A DNA stretch of 47,016 bases from Lama guanicoe (lineage: Eukaryota): the NCBI GenBank assembly GCA_013239625.1, contig MU054085.1, forward strand, positions 62,001-109,016, in the 5' to 3' direction. A model generated the notes under the pieces. That model was not told where the DNA came from. It made no database searches and saw nothing but the letters and a program-made list of their open reading frames with translations. The stretch's first letter is position 1, and the number at the start of each line of letters is the position of its first letter. Position numbers and translations under genes: made by a program. This document shows positions 23,895 through 37,752 of this stretch, piece by piece.

Positions 23895-26800
23895 AAGGTT
23901 TTTCATAGCGGCTGGACATTCCCAGCAAGAGTGCACGCCGGTTCCCTTTCATCCACATTCTTGCCAACTCCTGTTATTTGTGTTCTTTCTGAGGATAGTC
24001 ATTCTGACAGGTGTGAGGTGACATCCCATTATGGTATTGATTTGCACTTCACTGATGATTGGCTATGTTGAGCATTTTTTCATGTGCCTGCTTGTCCATC
24101 TTTATGTCTTCTTTGGAAATATGTCTATTAAGGTCTGTCCATTTTTTACAGGTTGTTTGTTTTTTTGATATTGAGTTGTATGAGCTATTTGTACTTTTTT
24201 AAAATGTTAAACCTTTATTGTTTATATCATTTGAAAATATTTTCTTCTATTCAGTAAGTTATCTTTTCATTTTGTGCATGGTTTCCTTTACTGTGCAAAA
24301 GCTTTTAAGTTTAATTAGGTCCCATTTGTTTATTTTTGCTTTTATTTCTTTTGCTGTAGGAGACAGATGCCAAAAATATTGCTATGGTTTATGTCAAAGA
24401 GTGTTTTGCCCATGTTTTCTTCTAGGAGTTTTATGGCTTCCAGTCTTATATTTAGGTCTTTAACTCTAATTTCACTTTCTAACATGTAGTTGTCCAGTTT
24501 TTCCAGCACCACTTATTGAAGAGACTTTCTTTTCCCAATTGTATATTCTTGCCTCCTCTGTCATAGATTAATTGAACATAAGTGTGTGGGTTTGTTTTTG
24601 GACTTTCTGTCCTGTTCCATTGATCTATGTGTCTGTTTTTGTGCTGGTACCATACTGTTTTGATGACTGTAGCTTTGTAGTATAGTCTGAAGTCAGGGCG
24701 CATGATTCCTCGACCTCTGTTCTTCTTTCTCAAGATTGTTTTAGCTATTTGGGGTCTTTTGTGATTCTACACAGATTTTTAAAATTATTTGTTCTAGTTC
24801 TGTGAAAAATTACCCTGGCTTTCTTTTGATTTCCTTTTGCATGGAATACCTTTTTCCTCCTCTCACCTTCTGGTCTGTGTGTCTTTAAATTTGAACTGAA
24901 TCTCTTGTAGGCAGCATTACATATGGGCCTTGTTCTTACATCCATTCAGCCACTCCATGTCTTTTGATAGGAGCATTGAGTCCACTGATATTTAAAGTAA
25001 TCATTGATATGTACATTCTTACTGCTACTTTGTTATTGTTTTGGGGTTTTTTTGTACCTCTTTTTTTGTTCCTTCTTCTTTGTTCTCTTCTACTGTGGCT
25101 TCATGACTGTCTTTAGTGTTATGTTTGGATTCCTTTCTCTTTTGTGAGTGTGTACTTGTTATAGACTTTTTTTGTTGTGATTGACATAGGGTTTACATAT
25201 ATCAATATATATATCTCTATCTCTACCTATATATATCTGTATCTATAGATCTATATGTTTGTATCTCTAAATATGATTATGTTGCTGATCTCTCAATTTC
25301 CAACACATTTTAACAATCCTGCATTTGTACTCTCCTCCCTCTCAGATACTGTTTTGACATCATAGTTTACATCTAATTGTGTTATGCATCTCTCAACTGC
25401 TTGTTGTCGATATATCTTACCCTTTAGCTTTGTGTGTGGATTGTTTCTTACCCTTACGGTATATTTGCCTTTACTAAAGAGATTTTTTTTTCTTTTATAA
25501 TGTTCATGTTTGTAGTTGTTTCTTTTTTGTTTTGTTTTGAGAAATTCTCTTTAACATTTCTAGTAAACCTGGTTTGATGGTGCTAAAATCTTTTAGCTTT
25601 TGTTTTTCTCTCCATCAAATCTAAAGAGAGCCTTGCTGGATAGAATATTCTTGGTTCTAGGTTTTCCCCTTTTATCACTTTAAATATATCATGCCACTCC
25701 CTTCTGACCTACAGACTTTCTTCTAAGGGGTCTACTTATGGACTTATGGGAGTTCCCTCGTGTGTTATTTGTTGCTTTTCTCTTGCTGTTTTTCATATTC
25801 TGTACCTTTAATTTTTGTCATTTGAATTACTGTGTGTCTTGGTGTGTTCCTTTTTGGGTTAATTCTGTTTGGACTCACCTGGACTTGGATGTTGTTTCCC
25901 AGGTTAGGGAAATTTCCAGCTATTATGTCTTCAAATATATTCTAAGCCCCTTTCTCTCCCTCTTCTGTTTCTGGGACCCCTATAATGTAAATGTTAGTGT
26001 CATTAATGTTGTTTTCATGGAGGTCTCTTTCAGCTGTCCTCATTTCTTTTCTGTTCAGCATCAGTGATTTCCACTACTCTGTCTTCCAGCTCGCTGAGCC
26101 CTTCCTCTGTGTCATTTAGTCTACTGTTGAATTATTCTGGTCAGTTTTTTATTTGTTATTATATTCTTCATCTGTTTTTTTGTCCTTGTATTTTATAACT
26201 CTGTTAAAAGCTTCTCTCTTCTCACTCTGTGCATCCATTCTTTTCTTGAGTTCTTTGATCATCTTTATGGTTATCACCCTGAGCTCTTTCTCCAGTAGAT
26301 TGATTGCCTGTCTCCACTTCACTTAGACCCTCTTCCGGCATTTTGTTCTTTTGTTTGAAACTTGTTCCTCTGTTCCCTCATTTTGCTTAACTTGTTGTTT
26401 TTATTTCTATGTGTCTGGTAGGTTGATTGCATTTCCCAGCCTTGGACAGGGGCTACTTATAGGAGATTCCTGTGCATCCCGGCAGCCACACCCCTCTCAT
26501 AACCACAGCTGTCTGCTCTAGGGATGTGCCCTGTGTGGGCTGCGTGGATTCTTCTGTTGTGGTGAGTTGACTACTGTGGGTGGTCTGGTAGGTTTGTTTG
26601 GGCCCTGATCTGGTTGTTTGCCATGCTCTGCCTTGTGAGAAGGCTGCTGGCCACTAGCTGGCAAGGCTGGGTCACAGGCAGCTCACTTCAGAATCCCGGG
26701 GGTACCCAGGGCTAGTGCTGACTCACTAGTGGGTGAAGTTGGGGTCCATGAGTCCCTGGAGCAGTTGCTTGCCCATTGGTGGGTGAAGCCAGGACCTGGG

Positions 26801-27635
26801 GCTAGAGCCAGCACACTGGCAGGCCAAGTTGGGTCCTGGGATCTGAGTGCAGAACTCAGGGGTCCCAGAGCTGGTGTTAGACTCCTGGTGGGTGAAGCCA
26901 GTTCCTGACACAGTTGGCTACACAGTTGAGGGTGTCTAAAAGCTTGTGTTGGTCTGCTAGTGGGCAGGGCCAGGGCCCAGCCAGACCCAGGGCAGGTGCT
27001 GGCCTGCTAGTGGGTGGGCTAGGTCTGCAGGCTGTGGGGTTGTAGTTGTCTTGTGACTGGTGTCTGCCCACTGGTGGGTGAGACTGGTCCTGAGGAGAGG
27101 AGGCTCACTGGTGGGCAAGACTGGGGCCCAGCCGGTCCCAGGGCAGGATCTGGCCTGCTGGTAGGTGGGCTGGGTTCTCAGGTTGTAGGGCTGTGGGTGT
27201 TCTGTGGCTCATGCCCACCTGCTGGTGGGTGAGGCTGGTTTCAAGTCTAGATCTGGGTGGAGGGGGGCCAGGGATCCTGGTGTAGGGGCCTGCCCACTGG
27301 TGGGTCTAGCTGAGTCCTGGGACCTCTGAGTGGAGGGTGCTGGGATCCCAGGTCTAGAGCTTGCACATTGGTGTGTGGGGCCAGGTCCTGGGCTTCTGGT
27401 GAGCAGGGCTGTGCCCAGGGTGACCGTGGGCTCAGGGGCCTTAAGGCAGCCTGTCTGCTTGTGGGTGGGGCCATTTCCCTGCCTAGTTAGCTGCTTGGCC
27501 TGAGGTGTCCCAGTACTGGTGCCTGTAGGCTACTGGGTGGGTGTGGGGCTGTGTCCTGAGGCTAATAAGCTGTAGGGAGAATCCACAGGGGCACCTGCCA
27601 GCACCAGTGTCCACACGGTTGAATGAGCTCCTCAA
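23895..27635 (-). mobile_element. LINE-1 with an internal deletion of most of ORF2 and no 3' tail, in intron 2
   Basis: 5'UTR ~26400-27635, ORF1 remnant ~25560-26400, spacer, and endonuclease start ~24815-24990 joined directly to ORF2 C-terminal sequence ([39 protein letters not shown] at 24479-24733). Confidence 0.9.
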
Positions 27636-29081
27636 ATGGTTCCTCTGTATATGATTCTTTGCTTTCCTGTTGCTGCCTTTAGAATTCTCTCTTTATCTTT
27701 TACTTTTGCTATTTTAATTATGATTTATCTTGGTATGAGTCTATTTAGATTCATCTTGTTTGGAACCCTCTGTGCTTCCTATACCTGGATATCTGTTTCC
27801 TTCTTAAAGCTTTGGAAGTTTTCAGACACAATTTCATTAAATACATTTTTAACCCTCTTCTCTCTCTCTTTTCCTTCTGGGACATCTCTATCGTGAATGT
27901 TGGTATCTTTGACAGTATTCTAAAGATCCCCTGCTCTTTCAATTGAGACACATTTCTTTGATGTCTCGTTTTGCTTATCTTTCTCTGTATGTAACTAAGT
28001 GAAACAGTTACCTATCGCAATGTTCTTGTGTGAGAGAGTGTCCCGATGCAGTCTGTCTCCGCCCAGTGGCTTTGGTTGGAGAGCTGGATTTGACATGAAC
28101 ACAAGTCATGTCTTCCTCAGGGTGTGCTGGCAGCTATCACCATGGTATGAGGTGGAGCTGGAGGTGGAGAGAGGCTAAGGCCAGAGCCAGGTGTGAGGCA
28201 GGGCTTCCCCTATGTTCAGTGGCCATCACAGTCTTATCAGTGATTAGGGTCAGTTCTCATGTTACTGGAGCACAAGTCCTGAAGGTTAAGTCTAAGCTGG
28301 CTCTGTTCCCTTTAAGTGTGTGCTCTTTCCCTCCCAGCTCCTGCACTCTTGCCCCAGAGAGCAGCAGTGCTGGTGCAAGAGGGGCTGGTGTGGGTGTTCA
28401 GCAGGGTTCAGGGCATGGGTTGCAGTGGTCTAGCTGCCATCAGAGATCCAGGCTGCCTCTGATGTGCCACCTGTCCAACTGCCAATAATGATTGCTCAGG
28501 CATCACTTAGAGTCTGAGCTACTTCAGCGTTTCATAGCTTAGCTTTTTCCTTGGTTGTGGCAGTCCTTGCTCCATTGTGGGGCTGTGACGCAGGGCAAAC
28601 GGTGATGGAGCGCTCACTCAGCTCAGGCTGGGGTGCATGCCAGGGAGGTTGCAGGAAACCAGTTAGCCGCCAGTGTGGTTTCAATCTGCCCTCTCTGCTC
28701 TGCTTCAGGAGCAAGAAAGTGTTCATGCATTCCCTCTGAGAAGAGTCGAGGCTTCCCCTGCTCCCCTCATTAGCTCCACCAGCCCCCCACCCAGCCAAGG
28801 GGGCTCGTCTTCCAGTTGTTGGACCCCAGGGCTGGGCACCCGATATGTGGCTCTAACTGCTCAGTCCCCAGGGAGGATCTCTGCCTGCATAATTGCCCTT
28901 TTCCTCTCGGTTCCTGATCTGATCGCTTCTCTTTCCTTCCTATCCCATTCCGTGTGTACCTTTCATACAGGAGTCTTTCTGCCAGTTTCCAGTGAGAACT
29001 GCTCCACACGTGGATGTATTTTTGATCTGCTTGTAGGGGGAACTAAGCTCTGTGTCCTCCGAATCTGTCATCTTGATCCCC
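27636..29081 (-). mobile_element. Second L1-family 5' fragment (5'UTR plus short ORF1 piece), related to the element at 1-2254
   Basis: Minus 5' end GGGGATCAAGATGACAGATTCGGAGGACACAGAGC. Positions 27650-27900 closely resemble 40-265. Confidence 0.8.
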
Positions 29082-29899
29082 TTCCCCCTGATCTCCTTGA
29101 TTGGATGACGTGGTCCTCAGATTAGAGCCCAGCGGTGTTCCTCTTTAATTCTTTTCACAACACAGGCACCAAGGAAATACATCATAGAAAGATGTAATCT
29201 CAGGCTTCTAAAGACATTAGAATTGTCAGCTGGTCCACCCCCCACAGCAAGGACCCCTCCTGACGGCAGCCCCCAGAGGAGGGTGCTCAGCATCTGCTTG
29301 AATGCAGGTCCTGAGGCAGACGGTCTGAGCATTTCTTACTTCTTTAGTTTTTTAATCAACAGTTTTCTCACTAGAAGTACTATCTATTCATTGTGGTTTT
29401 GAAAATATAGACACGCATTAAAAGAAAATCTTTAAAGGTGAAGTGCAGGCTGGATATGAGTTGCACGTCAGCCTCGTTAATGCTGAGCACTGCTGCTGAC
29501 AGGCAGTGTGTATTGAAGCTAACGGCAAATCAGGAATTTCCAGTTCTTAGAGGGTATGTAGCTCTCATTCATTTGCAGCTGAAGTGTTTTTCTTCTTTAT
29601 TATAATATTTCCAGCCCAGCATGCTGTCCTTAATGTTGTTTGGAGAGGCAGTTGCTTGACTGGCACTATGCACACTAATTGTCATTTGAAAAATACACTT
29701 AAAAAACCATGGTAAAGTACATATGATATAAAATTAACCTGAAGAATACACTTTTATTTTTATCTCTGAAAAAAAGAAAAAAAAACCTTCAAAACTTTCT
29801 ATTATGTAGAAATAAGTTCTAATAAAATTGATTCATATCTTATATCTTTATGCACACACACAAATTTGTATCACATAAGTGCATTTTAGATTACTTTAC

Positions 29900-30800
29900 A
29901 AACAACACTATGTCCCATCATTTTTTAAGTCAGTAAATATATTTCTATAATGAAATTTCTAATGGCTGTAATAAAATTCCATTCTATGGAGGTAAGTGCT
30001 TACTTAGCCTTCTAATTTGAACATGTGAGTTTTTTAATAATGTTTTGACATTTAATTGTTACAATAATTAACACCTTCAAACGTATGTCTTTCCTCTATT
30101 TCTTATTGCCCAAGGATTAATTAGTCAGAATTAAATAAAAGCGTTTTTAAGGGTTTGCTATGTATTGTCATTTTGCAGAAAATACATGCCAATTTATACC
30201 ACCAGCAGGGGTTGATAAGATCTCTTTTTCCTCTGCGTGGCTGTACTGGGCATTTAGGAAGTCTTTTAATCTTTGACAACATGATCGTTTATATATAGAC
30301 GGTCCTCTAGTCTACATTTAATATTCCTGATTTGTTGTAAACCGAAATTCTATAATTATGCTATTTAACCATTGTCATTTCCTCTTTTGTGAATTGCCTA
30401 CTTGTATATTTTCTCAATTGGGGTGCTCATATTGTCCTTACTAATTTGTAAGAACTCTTCATGGCTTCTATTATGTTAATACTTAAAATGTTTTTTCCAT
30501 ATCAAAATCATTAAAGCATTCACTTACACTCTCTCCTAGTTCATTTGTTTGCATTTAATTGTTCAGTCTATCAAAGATCTACTTTGCTGGGTATTATGAG
30601 AAAAGGCTCCAAATTTTCTTTCTCCAACCATTGTTTAGTTTCCCCAGTACCCCTATCGGCTGCTCCACCCTTTCCTTGCTGATTTGAAACTGCTCTTCTA
30701 TCTCATACACTCATGTGCCTCTGGGCTTTTGTTCTGTTTCCTCTACCAATCCCTCCTTTCTGGTGTCCATTCCACACCATATTAATTTTTGTGGCTTTTA
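29900..30800 (-). mobile_element. Highly decayed L1ME-like fragment
   Basis: Patches such as tttaaccattgtcatttcctcttttgtgaattgcct and ttactaatttgtaagaactctt. Confidence 0.55.
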
Positions 30801-30880
30801 AAAAAATATATATGGCAGTAAAAATCTCTTATTATTTTACTTGGTTCCTCAAAATAATGTATCTCTCTTCCTGCACATTA

Positions 30881-31018
30881 AAAAAAAATATTTCATTTTG
30901 GTGAGGAGGGGAGAAGGTAATTAGGTTCATTTATTTTTAGAGGAGGTACTGGGGATTGAACCCAGGATCTTGTGCTTGCTAAGCATGCGCTCTACCACTT
31001 GAGCAATACCCTCCCCCA
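30881..31018 (-). mobile_element. tRNA-Ala-derived SINE (Vic-1 type)
   Basis: Same body as 4281-4443. Imperfect TSD cctgcacatt / cctgcataat. Confidence 0.9.
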
Positions 31019-32223
31019 CCTGCATAATTTCTTAAGAAGGAAGTCAGGGGAAGGTTTCAGTTATTTCTAGCCAGAATTGCAGCTTCCCAGAAGATGTCAG
31101 GTGATTAATTCACTGGCCCCTCCCAGCATTGATTCTCATGATAAAGTTTAGTGGTGGATGTTGCTTACATGCCCAGGGCCTTATGCCCCCATTTCAGATT
31201 GTTTCTTGATCAGCTCTCTCAGGCAAAGAGAAAGATCCTATAGAGGATGTGCTGCCAGAAATGGTCCCAGAGTTTGGAAAAGCTCTAACAAGAACTTATA
31301 TGTCAACACTGGACTCTAGCAGAAAGAAGCTAAACCCCCTCGCCCACACCTCTCCTCCTTCCAGTCTGCTTAGGGGCAGGGATGTGGGAGGAGCAGGTGG
31401 CTAATAATCCTGCCTAACATTTTTATTTGGTTGATATGTTAAAGAAAAAACAAGCCACAGTGACAAAGCTTGTGCAGGCTCCGTGATTCTGCGAGAGGAG
31501 GGCAAAGGAGGTGGTGGTTGGTTTGGCTAAGGACCTTATTGTGTTTTGGGACAAGAAATGTTAGGCCAGAAGCTGAATTTAGGTTGGGGTGAAAAATGTT
31601 AAATTGGTATCTGTGAGGAAGAAAAATACTGGTAACAAGAAGGAGTGAGAAAAATAAGAGATTAAGCAAGAGGGGCAGAGACAGAGACAGAGAGAGACTG
31701 GGACCACTTGTTGGTAGCACAGACTCATGAAAGGACACAGCCAGCAGGAAATTTCCCGTGGTGAGGACTGCTCGGTGTATTGCAAGGTGTGGTTGTACCT
31801 GAGGGTAAAGTTAAGAAACTACCATCCTGTCCTATGCTGAAATTCTCTGATTTCTCTAACCACTCCCCAAATCTGTAAAAGTAAAAAAGGATGCCACACT
31901 CAACAAGTCTGTGTCAGTGGGGCTCTGAGGATGTGAATGAGGAGGACTGAGTAAGAGTGGAGTCAAGTGGGCTGGCCAGAGACAGTGGTGGCCACAAAGT
32001 TTCCATTACCTTGCATTGGGTAGGAGATGTGGTGGAGAGGAAGTCCCTGTCTCAGGAAACAGGGAGGTGGAGACAGAGTCCCTGAATCTGTACTATGCCC
32101 CCTGGTCAATCTTCCCAGTCTGGCAGGTGACATCAAATCATGTAGATATTCCTGGAATCCCCATGGTAGTTCTGGAAATGCCAGCCAGCCACAGGGCACA
32201 GAAAACTGACATCTGAACAGACA

Positions 32224-32242
32224 TTGCCAACAGGTGGCGCCA
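32224..32242 (+). promoter_or_regulatory. Candidate CTCF binding motif
   Basis: TTGCCAACAGGTGGCGCCA has one core mismatch to CCASYAGRKGGCRS and lies in apparently non-repeat sequence. Confidence 0.45.
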
Positions 32243-33317
32243 AACTGCAGCTGGCACGTAGACCTTTCAGTATTTCATTTAGGTGACTGGTGTTTCAGTA
32301 ACCCGTCAATAAAACAGCATGCATTTCAAATGCTTGAATTAATTGTACAGTGCACACCCCACCTCCCAATCCCTTACTATGCCATGATGTCATTTTCCAC
32401 TATGTCACTTTGCCAATGTGGCATGGGCTTTGCAAACCTCCTCGGATACTTACAACCCCATTGAGAATAAGACTGCATTTTATCTGTGATTTGTTTTCTC
32501 TGAGTGTCAGTGGACACTGATAAATGTTTTGCTAATATAACTCACCCACCTTCAACCTCTCTAGATAGTTCTTAACTACGTGTGATGCTCGCCTTGAGGT
32601 TGGCGTAACTGTAGTGAAATAATCCTTGCTGTATGAGCAACCAGGGACAGATCAGGGATGCACTTCCACCTTGGCTGCGGCAGCCTGTGATTATCACGGA
32701 GCCAACGAGGACTTGGATATGTGCAGCAGACCTGGAGCTTGTATGCTAGCATTCTGTGAAGCATTTAAAATACTGTTATTTCTGGTGGGGTTTGTTTGGA
32801 ACTGTTTTGATTGGTGCAAATTGGCATAAGTCAGTAAACATTTCCTGATATAATTCAATTGCCCATAAATGTGGGTGTTGGTTGTTTTTCTACTCTGGTC
32901 CCTGGCATCTGAAAAACACTTAAAATAAGCAAACAATCCTAGTCATGGTGGCCTGTGGCCAACAATCATTCGTGTCCCCAGGTCTGGTCTAAGTGCCCCC
33001 GACTCACAGCTCTCAGGCTGAGTGCCCACTTGCCTTGCTATGGCCTGAAAGTACTTCTTCTCCACGAGGCAAATCTTGGCACAATAACTAACAAATGGCC
33101 AGGTAGTGGCCATTTTTCTTTTCTTTTGATAAAGTCTCCTGATGAAATTTACTTTATCAAATTAGGTACCACATAAACAGCCACTGTTGAAGGCTTGTAG
33201 AAGATGTAGAAATCTCACATTTTCTATGTACAATAGTTTCATTGTAAAGGTGTTTCTGGAAAGTGGATCTGACTTCGTCTCACTACTTCTGGGGCTTGGG
33301 GTAAGAGACAAATATCA

Positions 33318-33412
33318 CTAATCCCATTTTAAATTGAAAAATTAAGGTACAGGGAAGGTAATTACTTTGTTCAAGTCACTCAGGGTTGACATGGGAATAG
33401 AAAACAGATCTG
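33318..33412 (-). mobile_element. MIR relic
   Basis: tcccattttaaattgaaaaattaaggtacagggaaggtaattactttgttcaagtcactcag. Confidence 0.6.
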
Positions 33413-34494
33413 CCCCTTTCTTTTTTCAGCCCTTTGCATTTCTATTCTTTCTGCTTAGATGAGCTTGAAAGAAGAATGGATAAATGTCACTGAGAGCAGG
33501 GAACACGCAGTTTTCAAGAATGAGCACATACATTGAGCATAAACATTATTCACAGCATTTCATAATGCAGGTAATTGATTGAAAAATAGCATAGCTTAAA
33601 ACATCAGGCACAGAATTCAGTTCTGTCTGTGTGGGTGACTTGGAATGTGGCCAAATCTTGGATTCCAGTTTATATCTGGATTCATTTTCATATTTCCAAA
33701 ACCTTTTCCTGTCTTGAACCCTGAACCCATAGAAACTAATGGTTGGCTGAACTGTGGGAAAGACAAATGCCTTACATTCAGTTCCTCAGCCAAAGTTTCT
33801 CAGCATAGACAATAGACCATTATGCTGTGAGCCACATGGGCTGCCAGTCTAAAGTTTCCATGAACAAACTGAGCAATGCAATTTGTGTGTCTCATAAGAA
33901 ATTATCAAGGAGACTACATTAATCAATGTGAAGTCTGCTGCGAGTCATATACGAGAGGACAAATATTTTTAATGAGGGAGCGTTGGCAGATTTTCATACC
34001 TCCCCAAGTTAGCCAAAGAGAACTTAGTAATTCCTGGACCATCTTTTAGGCAATCTACTCCTCTTACAAAAAAAAAAAAAGAGTCTTTTTTGCTAGAGGA
34101 AAGCTAAGCTGTCTCTACAACAAAGACAGAAAGTCCATGTGGACTGGATGTAGAAAGGTGTTGGCTGGGGAAGGTTATGAGGGGAGCAGTGAAGAGATAT
34201 AACTAGGAGGTAAGCAAAGGCGGATGACTTTTTGGTGGTTACTGTTGTGCACAATTGTTTTGGGTACTTTTTCAAAATGGAGCTGCTGTTTTATCACTTT
34301 GCCCATTAAACTAGGCTTCCTGAACTCGACTCTACTTAGGTGCTGAATTCTGTAGATTTTGGCTTTCTTAAAGTTGCATGTATGTTACATGCAGAGTCAC
34401 CTCTTCAGGTTGGAGGCCAGCCCTGTGTTGAGGCAGCACCTTCAGTTATTGGGGAGGAGCATACAAAAGGAGCTATATAGTTGCTGCTGGGCCC

Positions 34495-34988
34495 CATTTC
34501 ATTCAGACACCTTAATTGTTAATGACCCCCCTGCTTTGTGCTAGAATCTGAGGACATAGTGATGAATAAAAAGACCTGGTCTCTGCCCTTTAAGAAGCTT
34601 AAAACATAGTGGGCAAGATAGGTTATAAACAAATATAACAAGAAATAAATATAAAATCATCAGTGTGTTATGTGCATAAAGCCACCAAACGGAGGTGGTG
34701 TAGAGAATATCAGGGGCTCACACTCAAAGGACCCTCTGATGAGATGACCTAAAGGGCAAAGTGGTCATATTTGGTGCAGGATGGATGGTCCATACAGAGA
34801 CAAGAGGAGGCAGAAGACCTTGAGGTCCAAATGATCTGGGTACCCTGGACGAGTCAAGATAAGGCTTTTGTAGCCAGAGTGGAAGGACTGAAGGCCATGA
34901 AATACGGGCAGGGGCCACAGTCTGTAGGGCACTGTGGGCCATGCTCTTGGGAGCCACCGAATGGGTTAAGCAAGATAAGATGATTCAC
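34495..34988 (-). mobile_element. L2 LINE 3' relic flanking the RBBP4 retrocopy tail
   Basis: gtgctagaatctgaggacatagtgatgaataaaaagacctggtctctgccctttaagaagctta resembles an antisense L2 3' end. Confidence 0.65.
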
Positions 34989-35019
34989 TTTTTTTTTTCC
35001 TTATCCAGGATTAATTTAA

Positions 35020-35286
35020 ATTTTTAAAAATTTATTTTGTTATTTTTTTTAATTGAAATATAGTCCATTACAGTGTGTCAATTTCAGGTATACAGCATAA
35101 TGTCCCAGTCATGTGTGTATATATATATATATGCACACACACATACATTTATTTTCACATTCTTTTTCATTAAAGGTTATTAAAAGTTATTGAATACAGT
35201 TCCCAGAGCTACACAGAAGAAATTTGTTTTTTATTGATTTATATTTATAGTGGTTATCATTTGCAAATCTCAGACTCCCAAAGTTA
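35020..35286 (-). mobile_element. Short 5'-truncated young L1 3' end
   Basis: L1 3'UTR similar to 36550-36770. Perfect 14 bp TSD caggattaatttaa (35006-35019 / 35287-35300). Confidence 0.88.
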
Positions 35287-35316
35287 CAGGATTAATTTAA
35301 TTTTAAAAACAAATAC

Positions 35317-35478
35317 GGGGGGAGGATATAGCTCGGTGGTAGAGCATGTGCTTAACATGCACAAGGTTCTGGGTTCAATCCCCAGTATCTCCATTAAAAC
35401 AAACAGACAAACAAACAACAAATAAATAACCTAATTAACTCCCCCCACCACAAAATGTTAAAAAATAAATAAAATAAA
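35317..35478 (+). mobile_element. tRNA-Ala-derived SINE (Vic-1 type)
   Basis: ggatatagctcggtggtagagcatgtgcttaacatgcacaaggttctgggttcaatccccagtatctcca plus A-rich tail. Perfect 13 bp TSD taaaaacaaatac (35304-35316 / 35479-35491). Confidence 0.93.
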
Positions 35479-36339
35479 TAAAAACAAATACAGGCTATAG
35501 CCTCACTCTTCTTCGCCTGATTGGACAGTCAGTCTGTGGTGTCACTGTCAGGTAAAAACATACACCTTTATGACTTGGTTGTCCCAAGTTTTATTTTTAA
35601 AAAATTCAGACAGGAAAGAAATAATATGAAAACAGTTCAAGAAATGCACTAATGGGCAAAAGTACATGGGGAAAGAGGAACACATAGTTTTTGACTTAAC
35701 TAAAGAAACTGAGAGGGGAATTTTTTAAGAAAATGTGCATCCGGGGAAGTTAGATGTGCAAATTTTAGAGTAGGAATTTATATGACTTGAATCATTTCCT
35801 GAATAAAAATGACCTTTTGCAATATTCAGACTTCACGGCTACTTCACTTGGCTCTATTTCTTAAACACTGTAGCCTTTAGTTAAATGAGCCAGAAAAACT
35901 AGGGGACACAACATTGAAAGAAAAATAACCACACACATTCTCTTTTCTGTGTCTACTTAAATCTTTGTTACTAGGAAATTCCTGAAGAAAATTTAAATTT
36001 GAGTCTGGCTTTGCTGATTCAAGTCTCCCAGTGGCTTATTTAGAAAACACCTTCTGTTTGGGCTAATAGCATTGTTGATGGCACTTATTATAGAAGTAGA
36101 GCCAAACAAAGTCTGTGTCTCAAAACCAGTGTGAAATTATTCTCAGGGTTGAGAGGAAGAAAAGGGGCGTCTAAAATCACTAGAAGTTCAGACATTGTCT
36201 AGGACCCTTATCCTTCCGGGTCCACACGTCCTTCAGGGTCTTCATCATTTTAAATGTTCTCATTTCCCACAGTTGCATGATACTGGCTTCTGATAGAGAA
36301 CCAATCACCCAAGATGCATTGGGATTCTAGAAGAAATCA

Positions 36340-37752
<1,413 letters not shown>

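Noticed and set aside
26560..27545. CRISPR-like or other repeat-spacer array
   Set aside because: The repeats are degenerate and irregularly spaced, lie inside an L1 5'UTR in mammalian DNA, and have no associated genes.
35317..35393. tRNA-Ala-like genes (also at ~4370-4440, ~30945-31010 and ~44415-44490)
   Set aside because: They have A-rich tails, TSDs and stem mismatches, so they are SINEs rather than functional tRNA genes.
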